Assembly (NCBI GenBank): GCA_964016885.1
Contig: OZ024751.1
Coordinates: 25,916,001 to 25,980,000, forward strand
Length of the DNA stretch: 64,000 nucleotides
Direction: 5' to 3'
From: Eledone cirrhosa
Taxonomy: Eukaryota
In this document: positions 51,207-64,000 of the stretch, one piece after another
Numbering within the stretch: position 1 is the stretch's first letter
Layout of the letters: every line of letters begins with the position of its first letter
Translations under genes and position numbers: made by a program
The notes under the pieces: model-generated
The model's input: only the letters and a program-made list of their open reading frames with translations
Database searches by the model: none
What the model was told of the DNA's origin: nothing

Positions 51207-51464
51207 GTGTGTGTGTGTGTATGACAATATTATATATGTATATTTACATTTAATATTCAGAATATTAATGAGAATCTAACTTTTCTTGGTTAATTTAGCA
51301 TTTTTTTTAAATGCTTTTATTTTTTTAGTTTATTGTATTTTGGCGGCGGGGAAGAGTAACTCTCGTTTTCCCTGGGGCGGGAAATTTCAGAGAGAATAAC
51401 GTAAAATATCTAAAACTTGAATTTTGGAGACCTGGTGGCACTGAAAATATAGAAAAAGACAGAA

Positions 51465-51890
51465 AGATGATGATGAAGATGGTGGTGGAGGTGGTGATGG
51501 TGGTGGTGGATGTGGTGATGATGATGAAGATGGTGGTAGTGGTGGTGGTTGTGGTGGTGGTGGTGGTGCGGGGGGGGGGGGTGAGAAAGGTGGTGATGGT
51601 GAGGATGGTGGTGACGACGATGGTGGTGGTGGTGGTGGTGGTGATGATGACGATTGTGTTGATGTTGGTGTTGGTGGTGAGCATGATGATGGTGATGGGG
51701 GCGTTGGGAGAAGAGAAGAAGAAGAAGAAGAAGAAGAAGAAGAAGAAGAAGAAGAAGAAGAAAGAAGAAGAAGAAGAAGAAGAAGAAGAAGAAGAAGAAG
51801 AAGAAGAAGAAGAAGAAGAAGAAGAAGAAGAAGAAGAAGAAGAAGAAGAAGAAGAAGAAGAAGAAGAAGAAGAAGAAGAAGAAGAAGAAG

Positions 51891-51927
<37 letters not shown>

Positions 51928-51945
51928 GCAGCAGCAGCAGCAGCA
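51465..51945. repeat. Compound (GGT)/(GAT)/(GAA)/(CAA)/(CAG) microsatellite
   Basis: Direct reading. Confidence 0.9.
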
Positions 51946-52079
51946 AACAAACATAAAATGAACATTTAAGAATTCAAATCGAACTCAATTCGATTCAAAC
52001 AGTTTAAAATCCCATAAGACCTCTTTTTCCAATTTGATTAGAATCGGTAAAGAATTATTTCAATCTTTTCGAAGAATCG

Positions 52080-52110
52080 CCGGAAGCTAAGCACTATTCC
52101 CACAATGCAC
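52080..52110 (+). promoter_or_regulatory. Possible ETS + ZNF143/Staf-like sites
   Basis: ccggaag followed by actattcccacaatgca; motif match only. Confidence 0.25.
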
Positions 52111-52184
52111 TTTGGTGAAATTATTCGTTAGATTACGGCAGCGCCTGGTCCACCTTTATCCCACAGAAGAAATGTTAGTATGGT

Positions 52185-53110
52185 ATGGTAAGGTATGGAC
52201 CCGTAGCTCCCGATAGAAACGCAGGGCGCCATATTGACATACGGCCTTTCTAGGGCATCTTTTAAGCCTGACGGGGCCTACCTTCTCTCCAGGCCTGAAC
52301 ACAGGAGGCAATTGTTCACAGTTATATTAGGTTCAGGCTTGGTGGAAGTGATGGTCTCGTAACACATGATAGCCTCGTAGGACAGCCATATTGAAATATG
52401 GCGTTCCCTGGGTATTTTAAGCCTGACGGGGCCTATCTTCTCTCCAGGCCTGAATACAGTAGATTCCTTCCAGAGAAGGATATAGAGAATGAAAGAAAGG
52501 AAGTGAGAAGTAGATATAGAGAAAGAATCGATCCCAGTGCTAGACTGGTATTTTTTTTATCGAACATTAATGTATGAAATGCAAAGTTGACCTCGGTGGG
52601 ATTTGAACTCAGAGAGCAGAAAGCCGAAATGAATACCTCGAAGCATTCTATCCGACGTTCCTATGTTACTATACGGGGCGCTATAGTAAACTGTTGAGAA
52701 ACCCCTCGAGTTTCTTGATTATAGTTGATAGCATTTAATGGGAGGCGGGATCGTTTTACCCCTGCTGATAAAACCATCCAGAACGACCCCAGTTTCTATG
52801 ATACAAAGCTATTTATTCATTTTAAGGTGTTTATGGTGTAGTAACTCCTGATAGAGTCGTAGGAACGCCGTATTGACTTACGGCGTTCCTTGGGTATTTA
52901 AAGGTTGGCGGAGTTCATCCGTCTCCAGGCCTGAGTACAGCCGATTTCTTCCAGAGAAAGATAAAAAGAGATATAGAGGAAGAATAGACCCCAGTACTAG
53001 ACTGGTACTTTTTTATGAAAGGCAAAGTTGACTCAGACATCAGAGATCCGGAACAAATACCATAAAGCATTCTATCCGACGTTCCAACGACTCTGCCAAT
53101 TCGCCGCCTT
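52185..53110 (-). mobile_element. Cluster of three copies of the long SINE variant (~52185-52305, 52355-52660, 52838-53110)
   Basis: gcc(a/g)tattga..ggcg..ctccaggcctga extension in all three; SINE core in the latter two. Confidence 0.75.
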
Positions 53111-53894
53111 AAGGTGTTTATATTCATCTAAAAAACTTTCATCATTATTTAATGTAAGAACATTTATATGTGTCTATATCTGTGTTTATATTTACATACA
53201 TATTAGAATATGATGTATATTAGTATATGTTGTATTTATGATTTATTTACATTACTAAATCTACGATACAAATCTATTCAATATAAATAGTTTATATTTA
53301 TGAGAGAAGCTTTCTTCATAAATTTATGTAAGCACTTTCATTAAGTTATGTTCCAAATATCAGCTTAATAATTGTTTATACGTTTGGCACAAGGCCAGCA
53401 ATTATCCCAGTGTATTACTGGTACAATAATGAAAGTTAGTTATATTACTAAAGGTTTCCGAATTCCTATTTTCAAAATTATTTCAAAACCAGAGCCAGCC
53501 TCTTTTATGGGAAATATGGTAACAAAAGGTTAAGTGTGTGTTTTACCAACATATCTATAATTTAACCGCCATTTTCAGAGTTTCTAATTCTGTAGTACCT
53601 AAATATTTCTGCTGTAATATGTCAAAGTTTGTTAAACAAATAGCGATATATGTTAGGGCAGATAAAATATGTAAAATGTGGCATCATTGTTTTTACCCAA
53701 GAGAAGGAGTTGGGTTCTAACAAACATTGAAACCATATTGTAGTCTTGGCAACCAGTCACGTTTCCAGCACGTGACGCCACGTGTGTGATGATCAGATAT
53801 TAGCTCAACATCAGACTTGATCATGCCAATCCATGTATTAAACTGTCCAACTCGTCCTTTATGCTACCTTGGTGGTGAGTTCACATCGTAAGGC

Positions 53895-54128
53895 GGTGAA
53901 GTACGTGACCATACCAATGAGGGGGCCTTGGGACTGTGAAGTACGTGACCATACAAATGAGGGCGCCTTGGGACGGTAAAGTACGTGACCATACCAATGA
54001 GAGTGCCTTGGGACTGTGAAGTACGTGACCATACAAATGAGGGCGCCTTGGGACGGTAAAGTACGTGACCATACCAATGAGAGTGCCTTGGGACTGTGAA
54101 GTACGTGACCATACAAATGAGGGCGCCT
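53895..54128. repeat. 40-bp tandem repeat (~6 units) with 80-bp dimer structure
   Basis: aagtacgtgaccatac(c/a)aatgag..gccttgggac alternating variants. Confidence 0.92.
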
Positions 54129-54845
54129 TTTGAGTAGGATTTCTTGAAGGTATTCGATAAGGAATTTCGGTGAATATAGGTTTTGGGATTCCAGCGAGAG
54201 CACTAACTTTAGTTACTTCCGTTTCAGGTTTTTATTTTACTAAAGCCAGGATCTTGTAATGTAAATGAAGCGTATTCGTTTTATTCCATTTCATAAGCAG
54301 AGTGTAGGAGAAACATTGCATGTGAGGGGAGTTAACTGTCTATGTATTCATTTATCGCTGAAAATTTAGAAACATACCTCCATGCAATATGTAAATTTAT
54401 ATCACTAAGAAGGTATATTATTCAAAATAAAACTTGATGAAAAAATCCACGAAACATAGTTTTTTTACTGATTCGTTTTTTCGTTTCCCTTCCTTTGTTT
54501 TTCTCCGAGAAGAAATTTTTAAATACTACACCACCGCCTACACAAATTATAATTTCAATTAAGCTGAGAATTGAACAATTATGAGGGGAGTTTTTTCATG
54601 TCTTTCTTGTTTCTTTCTTGAAGTTCTTTAACCAATTAATTAAGTCTCAATTATCTTCACAATTAGAACTTCAAATATATAAAAAGAAAATATATTATTG
54701 AATGTCTACCGAAAGAAAGTAGTGAATTATCAATTGTACTCCTGAGTAAAGAACAAAAATGTTTTTTTTTGTTTTTTTGGGGGGTTTTTTTTTGGTTTTT
54801 TGTTGTTATCGTCACAATATACCGTCTCAAGATTTTAAACTATTT

Positions 54846-57800
54846 TCAGTCAACAATATAGTCACTTTCACACCAACAGTCAACAATATAGTCACTTTCA
54901 CACCAACAGTCAACAATATAGTCACTTTCACACCAACAGTCAACAATATAGTCACTTTCACACCAACAGTCAACAATATAGTCACTTTCACACCAACAGT
55001 CAACAATATAGTCACTTTCACACCAACAGTCAACAATATAGTCACTTTCACACCAACACAGTCAACAATATAGTCACTTTCACACCAACAGTCAACAATA
55101 TAGTCACTTTCACACCAACAGTCAACAATATAGTCACTTTCACACCAACAGTCAACAATATAGTCACTTTCACACCAACAGTCAACAATATACTCACTTT
55201 CACACCAACACAGTCAACAATATAGTCACTTTCACACCAACAGTCAACAATATAGTCACTTTCACACCAACACAGTCAATAATATAGTCACTTTCACACC
55301 AACACAGTCAACAATATAGTCACTTTCACACCAACACAGTCAACAATATAGTCACTTTCACACCAACACAGTCAACAATATAGTCACTTTCACACCAACA
55401 CAGTCAACAATATAGTCACTTTCACACCAACACAGTCAACAATATAGTCACTTTCACACCAACACAGTCAACAATATGGTCACTTTCACACCAACAGTCA
55501 ACAATATAGTCACTTTCACACCAACAGTCAACAATATAGTCACTTTCACACCAACAGTCAACAATATAGTCACTTTCACACCAACAGTCAACAATATAGT
55601 CACTTTCACACCAACAGTCAACAATATAGTCACTTTCACACCAACAGTCAACAATATAGTCACTTTCACACCAACAGTCAACAATATAGTCACTTTCACA
55701 CCAACAGTCAACAATATAGTCACTTTCACACCAACACAGTCAACAATATGGTCACTTTCACACCAACAGTCAACAATATAGTCACTTTCACACCAACAGT
55801 CAACAATATAGTCACTTTCACACCAACACAGTCAACAATATGGTCACTTTCACACCAACACAGTCAACAATAGTCACTTTCACACCAACACAGTCAACAA
55901 TAGTCACTTTCACACCAACACAGTCAACAATATAGTCACTTTCACACCAACAGTCAACAATATAGTCACTTTCACACCAACACAGTCAATAATATAGTCA
56001 CTTTCACACCAACACAGTCAACAATATAGTCACTTTCACACCAACACAGTCAACAATAGTCACTTTCACACCAACACAGTCAACAATATAGTCACTTTCA
56101 CACCAACAGTCAACAATATAGTCACTTTCACACCAACAGTCAACAATATAGTCACTTTCACACCAACACAGTCAACAATATAGTCACTTTCACACCAACA
56201 CAGTCAACAATAGTCACTTTCACACCAACACAGTCAACAATATAGTCACTTTCACACCAACACAGTCAACAATATAGTCACTTTCACACCAACACAGTCA
56301 ACAATATAGTCACTTTCACACCAACACAGTCAACAATAGTCACTTTCACACCAACACAGTCAACAATATAGTCACTTTCACACCAACACAGTCAACAATA
56401 TAGTCACTTTCACACCAACACAGTCAACAATATAGTCACTTTCACACCAACACAGTCAACAATAGTCACTTTCACACCAACACAGTCAACAATATAGTCA
56501 CTTTCACACCAACACAGTCAACAATATAGTCACTTTCACACCAACACAGTCAACAATATAGTCACTTTCACACCAACACAGTCAACAATAGTCACTTTCA
56601 CACCAACACAGTCAACAATATAGTCACTTTCACACCAACACAGTCAACAATATAGTCACTTTCACACCAACACAGTCAACAATATAGTCACTTTCACACC
56701 AACACAGTCAACAATATAGTCACTTTCACACCAACACAGTCAACAATAGTCACTTTCACACCAACACAGTCAACAATATAGTCACTTTCACACCAACACA
56801 GTCAACAATATAGTCACTTTCACACCAACACAGTCAACAATATAGTCACTTTCACACCAACACAGTCAACAATAGTCACTTTCACACCAACACAGTCAAC
56901 AATATAGTCACTTTCACACCAACACAGTCAACAATATAGTCACTTTCACACCAACACAGTCAACAATATAGTCACTTTCACACCAACACAGTCAACAATA
57001 GTCACTTTCACACCAACACAGTCAACAATATAGTCACTTTCACACCAACACAGTCAACAATATAGTCACTTTCACACCAACACAGTCAACAATATAGTCA
57101 CTTTCACACCAACACAGTCAACAATAGTCACTTTCACACCAACACAGTCAACAATATAGTCACTTTCACACCAACACAGTCAACAATATAGTCACTTTCA
57201 CACCAACACAGTCAACAATATAGTCACTTTCACACCAACACAGTCAACAATAGTCACTTTCACACCAACACAGTCAACAATAGTCACTTTCACACCAACA
57301 CAGTCAACAATATAGTCACTTTCACAACAACACAGTCAACAATATAGTCACTTTCACACCAACACAGTCAACAATAGTCACTTTCACACCAACACAGTCA
57401 ACAATATAGTCACTTTCACACCAACAGTCAACAATATAGTCACTTTCACACCAACACAGTCAACAATATAGTCACTTTCACACCAACACAGTCAACAATA
57501 TAGTCACTTTCACACCAACACAGTCAACAATATAGTCACTTTCACACCAACACAGTCAACAATAGTCACTTTCACACCAACACAGTCAACAATATAGTCA
57601 CTTTCACACCAACACAGTCAACAATATAGTCACTTTCACACCAACACAGTCAACAATATAGTCACTTTCACACCAACACAGTCAACAATAGTCACTTTCA
57701 CACCAACACAGTCAACAATATAGTCACTTTCACACCAACACAGTCAACAATATAGTCACTTTCACACCAACACAGTCAACAATATAGTCACTTTCACACC

Positions 57801-60800
57801 AACACAGTCAACAATATAGTCACTTTCACACCAACACAGTCAACAATATAGTCACTTTCACACCAACACAGTGAACAATAGTCACTTTCACACCAACACA
57901 GTCAACAATATAGTCACTTTCACACCAACAGTCAACAATATAGTCACTTTCACACCAACAGTCAACAATATAGTCACTTTCACACCAACACAGTCAACAA
58001 TATAGTCACTTTCACACCAACACAGTCAACAATAGTCACTTTCACACCAACACAGTCAACAATATAGTCACTTTCACACCAACACAGTCAACAATATAGT
58101 CACTTTCACACCAACACAGTCAACAATATAGTCACTTTCACACCAACACAGTCAACAATATAGTCACTTTCACACCAACACAGTCAACAATATAGTCACT
58201 TTCACACCAACACAGTCAACAATATAGTCACTTTCACACCAACACAGTCAACAATAGTCACTTTCACACCAACACAGTCAACAATATAGTCACTTTCACA
58301 CCAACACAGTCAACAATATAGTCACTTTCACACCAACACAGTCAACAATATAGTCACTTTCACACCAACACAGTCAATAATATAGTCACTTTCACACCAA
58401 CACAGTCAATAATATAGTCACTTTCACACCAACACAGTCAACAATATAGTCACTTTCACACCAACAGTCAACAATATAGTTACTTTCACACCAACAGTCA
58501 ACAATATAGTCACTTTCACACCAACAGTCAACAATATAGTCACTTTCACAACAACACAGTCAACAATATAGTCACTTTCACACCAACACAGTCAACAATA
58601 TAGTCACTTTCACACCAACACAGTCAACAATATAGTCACTTTCACACCAACACAGTCAACAATATAGTCACTTTCACACCAACACAGTCAACAATATAGT
58701 CACTTTCACACCAACACAGTCAACAATAGTCACTTTCACACCAACACAGTCAACAATATAGTCACTTTCACACCAACACAGTCAACAATATAGTCACTTT
58801 CACACCAACACAGTCAACAATATAGTCACTTTCACACCAACACAGTCAATAATATAGTCACTTTCACACCAACACAGTCAATAATATAGTCACTTTCACA
58901 CCAACACAGTCAACAATATAGTCACTTTCACACCAACACAGTCAACAATATAGTCACTTTCACACCAACACAGTCAACAATATAGTCACTTTCACACCAA
59001 CACAGTCAACAATATAGTCACTTTCACACCAACACAGTCAACAATATAGTCACTTTCACACCAACAGTCAACAATATAGTCACTTTCACACCAACACAGT
59101 CAACAATATAGTCACTTTCACACCAACACAGTCAACAATATAGTCACTTTCACACCAACACAGTCAACAATATAGTCACTTTCACACCAACACAGTCAAC
59201 AATATAGTCACTTTCACACCAACACAGTCAACAATATAGTCACTTTCACACCAACAGTCAACAATATAGTCACTTTCACACCAACAGTCAACAATATAGT
59301 CACTTTCACACCAACACAGTCAACAATATAGTCACTTTCACACCAACACAGTCAACAATATAGTCACTTTCACACCAACAGTCAACAATATAGTCACTTT
59401 CACACCAACACAGTCAACAATATAGTCACTTTCACACCAACACAGTCAACAATATAGTCACTTTCACACCAACACAGTCAACAATATAGTCACTTTCACA
59501 CCAACACAGTCAACAATATAGTCACTTTCACACCAACACAGTCAACAATATAGTCACTTTCACACCAACACAGTCAACAATATAGTCACTTTCACACCAA
59601 CACAGTCAACAATATAGTCACTTTCACACCAACACAGTCAACAATATAGTCACTTTCACACCAACACAGTCAACAATATAGTCACTTTCACACCAACAGT
59701 CAACAATATAGTCACTTTCACACCAACAGTCAACAATATAGTCACTTTCACACCAACAGTCAACAATATAGTCACTTTCACACCAACAGTCAACAATATA
59801 GTCACTTTCACACCAACACAGTCAACAATATAGTCACTTTCACACCAACAGTCAACAATATAGTCACTTTCACACCAACAGTCAACAATATAGTCACTTT
59901 CACACCAACAGTCAACAATATAGTCACTTTCACACCAACAGTCAACAATATAGTCACTTTCACACCAACAGTCAACAATATAGTCACTTTCACACCAACA
60001 GTCAACAATATAGTCACTTTCACACCAACAGTCAACAATATAGTCACTTTCACACCAACAGTCAACAATATAGTCACTTTCACACCAACAGTCAACAATA
60101 TAGTCACTTTCACACCAACAGTCAACAATATAGTCACTTTCACACCAACAGTCAACAATATAGTCACTTTCACACCAACAGTCAACAATATAGTCACTTT
60201 CACACCAACACAGTCAACAATATAGTCACTTTCACACCAACAGTCAACAATATAGTCACTTTCACACCAACAGTCAACAATATAGTCACTTTCACACCAA
60301 CACAGTCAACAATATAGTCACTTTCACACCAACACAGTCAACAATATAGTCACTTTCACACCAACACAGTCAACAATATAGTCACTTTCACACCAACACA
60401 GTCAACAATATAGTCACTTTCACACCAACACAGTCAACAATATAGTCACTTTCACACCAACACAGTCAACAATATAGTCACTTTCACACCAACAGTCAAC
60501 AATATAGTCACTTTCACACCAACACAGTCAACAATATAGTCACTTTCACACCAACAGTCAACAATATAGTCACTTTCACACCAACAGTCAACAATATAGT
60601 CACTTTCACACCAACAGTCAACAATATAGTCACTTTCACACCAACAGTCAACAATATAGTCACTTTCACACCAACACAGTCAACAATATAGTCACTTTCA
60701 CACCAACAGTCAACAATATAGTCACTTTCACACCAACACAGTCAACAATATAGTCACTTTCACACCAACACAGTCAACAATATAGTCACTTTCACACCAA

Positions 60801-61564
60801 CACAGTCAACAATATAGTCACTTTCACACCAACAGTCAACAATATAGTCACTTTCACACCAACAGTCAACAATATAGTCACTTTCACACCAACAGTCAAC
60901 AATATAGTCACTTTCACACCAACACAGTCAACAATATAGTCACTTTCACACCAACAGTCAACAATATAGTCACTTTCACACCAACACAGTCAACAATATA
61001 GTCACTTTCACACCAACACAGTCAACAATATAGTCACTTTCACACCAACAGTCAACAATAGTCACTTTCACACCAACAGTCAACAATATAGTCACTTTCA
61101 CACCAACACAGTCAACAATATAGTCACTTTCACACCAACAGTCAACAATATAGTCACTTTCACACCAACAGTCAACAATATAGTCACTTTCACACCAACA
61201 CAGTCAACAATATAGTCACTTTCACACCAACAGTCAACAATATAGTCACTTTCACACCAACACAGTCAACAATATAGTCACTTTCACACCAACACAGTCA
61301 ACAATATAGTCACTTTCACACCAACAGTCAACAATAGTCACTTTCACACCAACAGTCAACAATATAGTCACTTTCACACCAACACAGTCAACAATATAGT
61401 CACTTTCACACCAACACAGTCAACAATATAGTCACTTTCACACCAACACAGTCAACAATATAGTCACTTTCACACCAACACAGTCAACAATATAGTCACT
61501 TTCACACCAACAGTCAACAATAGTCACTTTCACACCAACAGTCAACAATATAGTCACTTTCACA
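54846..61564. repeat. 6.7 kb satellite, unit cagtcaacaa(ta)tagtcactttcacaccaa(ca), 28-32 bp
   Basis: Over 200 near-identical tandem units with no spacers. Confidence 0.98.
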
Positions 61565-61790
61565 TGTTCAACTAAAAAAAATAGAGATTCTTCTTTAAAA
61601 ATTACAAAACTTGTTCCATTTTCATTTTTTTTTTTTTTTTTTTTTGTATTTGTTTTTGTTGCTGTTTTTTTTTTTTCTCCCTTTTGTTATTTCTTAAAAA
61701 CCAAGCCTTTTACATTATTGACTTGATTTAATTACAATAATGTCAAGAATGAATATTCACTTGAAAGAAATGCTGGGAAACCAAAATAGT

Positions 61791-62110
61791 TTCTTCTTCT
61801 TCTTCTTCTTCTTCTTCTTCTTCTTCTTCTTCTTCTTCTTCTTCTTCTTCTTCTTCTTCTTCTTCTTCTTCTTCTTCTTCCTTAGAGGGTCATGGGGGCA
61901 GAGTCCTCAAACACTTCCCCCCAGCAGATCCTGTCAGAAGCAACCGCCTCCAACTGATCCGACTGGGTCCCCAAGTGAGACCAGCCAAGCTCATGGATGT
62001 TATCCAACCATCTTGTTCAGACTCTGGGTCTCCTGTCAGTTGGTTTTGCCCATGAAATCTGTTCAGCGATTCTTTTCCGCGGCATTCTAATCACATGTCC
62101 CATAGTATCG
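61791..62110 (-). mobile_element. RTE LINE 3' fragment with (GAA)n tail
   Basis: MGHVIRMP..; reverse complement of the 25810-26107 family; (TTC)n on the plus strand. Confidence 0.8.
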
Positions 62111-63040
62111 TAGCTTGTCAGGGAAGGTACGTTTGAGAAAAATGGAGACCCAAGAAACACAAAGATTGAGATTGCTGAAGAACGTAACAAATCATTTAAT
62201 GAAAAGCTCTTCAAGAAACGTGCGTGATAACCAAAATACTTGGTTATGGTTACAGAATGGTTACATTAAGAAAGAAACGGAAGGGCTTATATGAGCAGCG
62301 CAAGATCAAGTCATTAGTACACAATAGGTAATGAAAAGCATAGACAAGAAAGGTGTTGAAGCTGAACGCAGAATTTGTGGGGAGAAAGCAGACAATTGCC
62401 CATATCGTTTAAGGATGTAAACAGTTAGCCCATAATGATTATTCAAAAGGCCGACATGATACAGTGGCTATGTATACGTGTCACAAATGAGATGAGAGTG
62501 CTAGAGAACGATAAGATAAAGCTCTTATGGGACTTCCCAATTCAGTCTGAGATGAAGATTGAACACAACAGAGCAGATATTGTTGTAATTGGGCAGAATA
62601 GGAGGAACTTACCTTCATAGAAGTAACGTGTTCTTTTGACACACGAATTGAACGAAAAGAGGAGTAAAGACTTAAAATATAAGATCTTGAAATTCTGTTC
62701 TGGTAGTCATTGGGACTCTTGCATGGTGACAAATAATTTTGAAAACTATCTGTTGAAAATAGACGATGTAGGGGGGGATTAAACCGTTCCAGAAGTCATG
62801 TCTATTGGGAAGAGACCAAATATTGAGAAAGGTTCTGGACTACCAGCAGTAGTGACTAGGAATGATTAGATAAAAGCTGGAGCTACGCTAGGTTATTAGT
62901 TGTAACCCGGTATTCCCTAAATTTACCGGCCCAAAGCTAGAGTTACCCTAGGTTACTAGTTGTAACTCGGTATTCCCTAAAATTACCGGCCCAAAGCAAT
63001 ATCATAGTCAAATAGTCAAATAGTAATAAGAATTATTATT
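62110..63040 (+). pseudogene. Old, frameshifted Dong/R4-family 3' fragment
   Basis: WLQNGYIKKETEGLI*AAQDQ, VLENDKIKLLWDFPIQ..EHNRAD..IEVTCSFDTR; ~60-bp tandem duplication in the 3' UTR (~62876-62997). Confidence 0.8.
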
Positions 63041-63116
63041 ATAAAGTTTTTTAAAAATAGAGAGTGTTAATTATCACTTAACATTATTAATAATAATATC
63101 ATCATCAATATTATTC

Positions 63117-63167
<51 letters not shown>

Positions 63168-63429
63168 CATTTTATTTCGTTTGGGCTTTAGTTTTTATAA
63201 CAACAACAACAAACACATTATGGGTTATAATCACTTCTTTTTCTGTTTTGTTTTTTGTTTGTTTTTTTTCTTTCCTAGCATTTTATTATGTCCCTTGCGA
63301 GATTCATTGGTTGATTATTAACGTTAAAAATTGATAATTTCTAATTAGGAATTTTTTAAAAATAAACTAAATGAAATCAGTAAGAAATTAAATTAAAATG
63401 AAATTAAAATTAAAAAATGAGCGAAGAAA

Positions 63430-63530
63430 TGTTTTCCGCCATTTTGGATTGGAAAATTAGCGGTGAAATAAATATTTTATCCTATTTAGATTCCCGCTAG
63501 GAAATGTTTCACTTTATTTTCACGTCAATA
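63430..63530. promoter_or_regulatory. Cluster of YY1-, CCAAT-, E2F- and CRE-like motifs
   Basis: ccgccatttt (63436-45), attgg (63448-52), ttcccgc (63491-97), cacgtca (63521-27); motif match only. Confidence 0.25.
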
Positions 63531-63614
63531 AAGCTCTAGAGAATGATATTTGTCCGCCTTTAATCCAGTTTAATTTCAAATGTATATGTATTATTCGCAG
63601 AATTTGAGCGTTGC

Positions 63615-63800
63615 ATTGGCAGGGCCGTTACAGTGTCGGGGGAAAATACATTGCAGTATTTGATCTGGGTCTTTATGTTCAAAGTTCTAATTCCCATCCT
63701 CACCAAGGTCAACATTCTCTAGGTCAACATTGCCGTTCATCTTTCAGGGAGTCAATGAAATAAAATACCAGTCAAATACTAGGGTTGATACAATCGAATA
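63615..63800 (+). mobile_element. Degenerate tRNA-SINE
   Basis: aggtcaacattgccgttcatc..aaataaaataccagtcaaatact core. Confidence 0.6.
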
Positions 63801-63829
63801 TTCTCTGTTTCCCACCTCCACCTCACCCA

Positions 63830-64000
63830 TTCTTCTTCGCCCACTGATTCCTGAGAGGGTCTTTGGAGCAGAGTCCTCAAACACTCCCTCCATTGGGTCC
63901 TGTCAGAAGCAACTGTCTCCAACTGATCCGGTTGAATCCCCAAGCGTGACCAACCAAGCTCATGGATGTTATCCCAACATCCTGCTCGGGGTCTACCTCT
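63830..64000 (-). mobile_element. RTE LINE 3' end, runs off the window
   Basis: Homologous to ~61880-62020. Confidence 0.8.

Noticed and set aside
54846-61564. CRISPR-like 30-32 bp repeats and VKVTILLTVG ORFs
   Set aside because: Head-to-tail units without unique spacers, no cas genes, eukaryotic context; the ORFs arise from the 30-bp period.

Overview
Eukaryotic, repeat-saturated region with no recognisable host gene. The microsatellite load and SINE types suggest an Octopus-like cephalopod (inference). Main content: (1) Dong/R4-clade RLE non-LTR retrotransposons in (TAA)n tracts: one full-length 1130-aa ORF at 15026-18418, 5'-truncated copies at 12193-14795 and 45471-45950, plus older fragments. 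(2) A ~7.5 kb near-perfect palindrome (36182-43676, 3-nt loop at 39869-39871) made of two head-to-head, 5'-truncated Penelope-like (RT + C-terminal GIY-YIG) retroelements. (3) Several families of short (TA)n-embedded elements carrying type I hammerhead ribozyme motifs. Many share a two-ended fold-back layout, with one complete 3' end and one inverted arm that stops at a fixed internal site just before a shared ACTC..GAGT stem. (4) Fragments of L1/Tx1-like and RTE LINEs, many tRNA-derived SINEs, a 6.7 kb 30/32-bp satellite and smaller minisatellites. Most short ORFs in the track are microsatellite or antisense artefacts.
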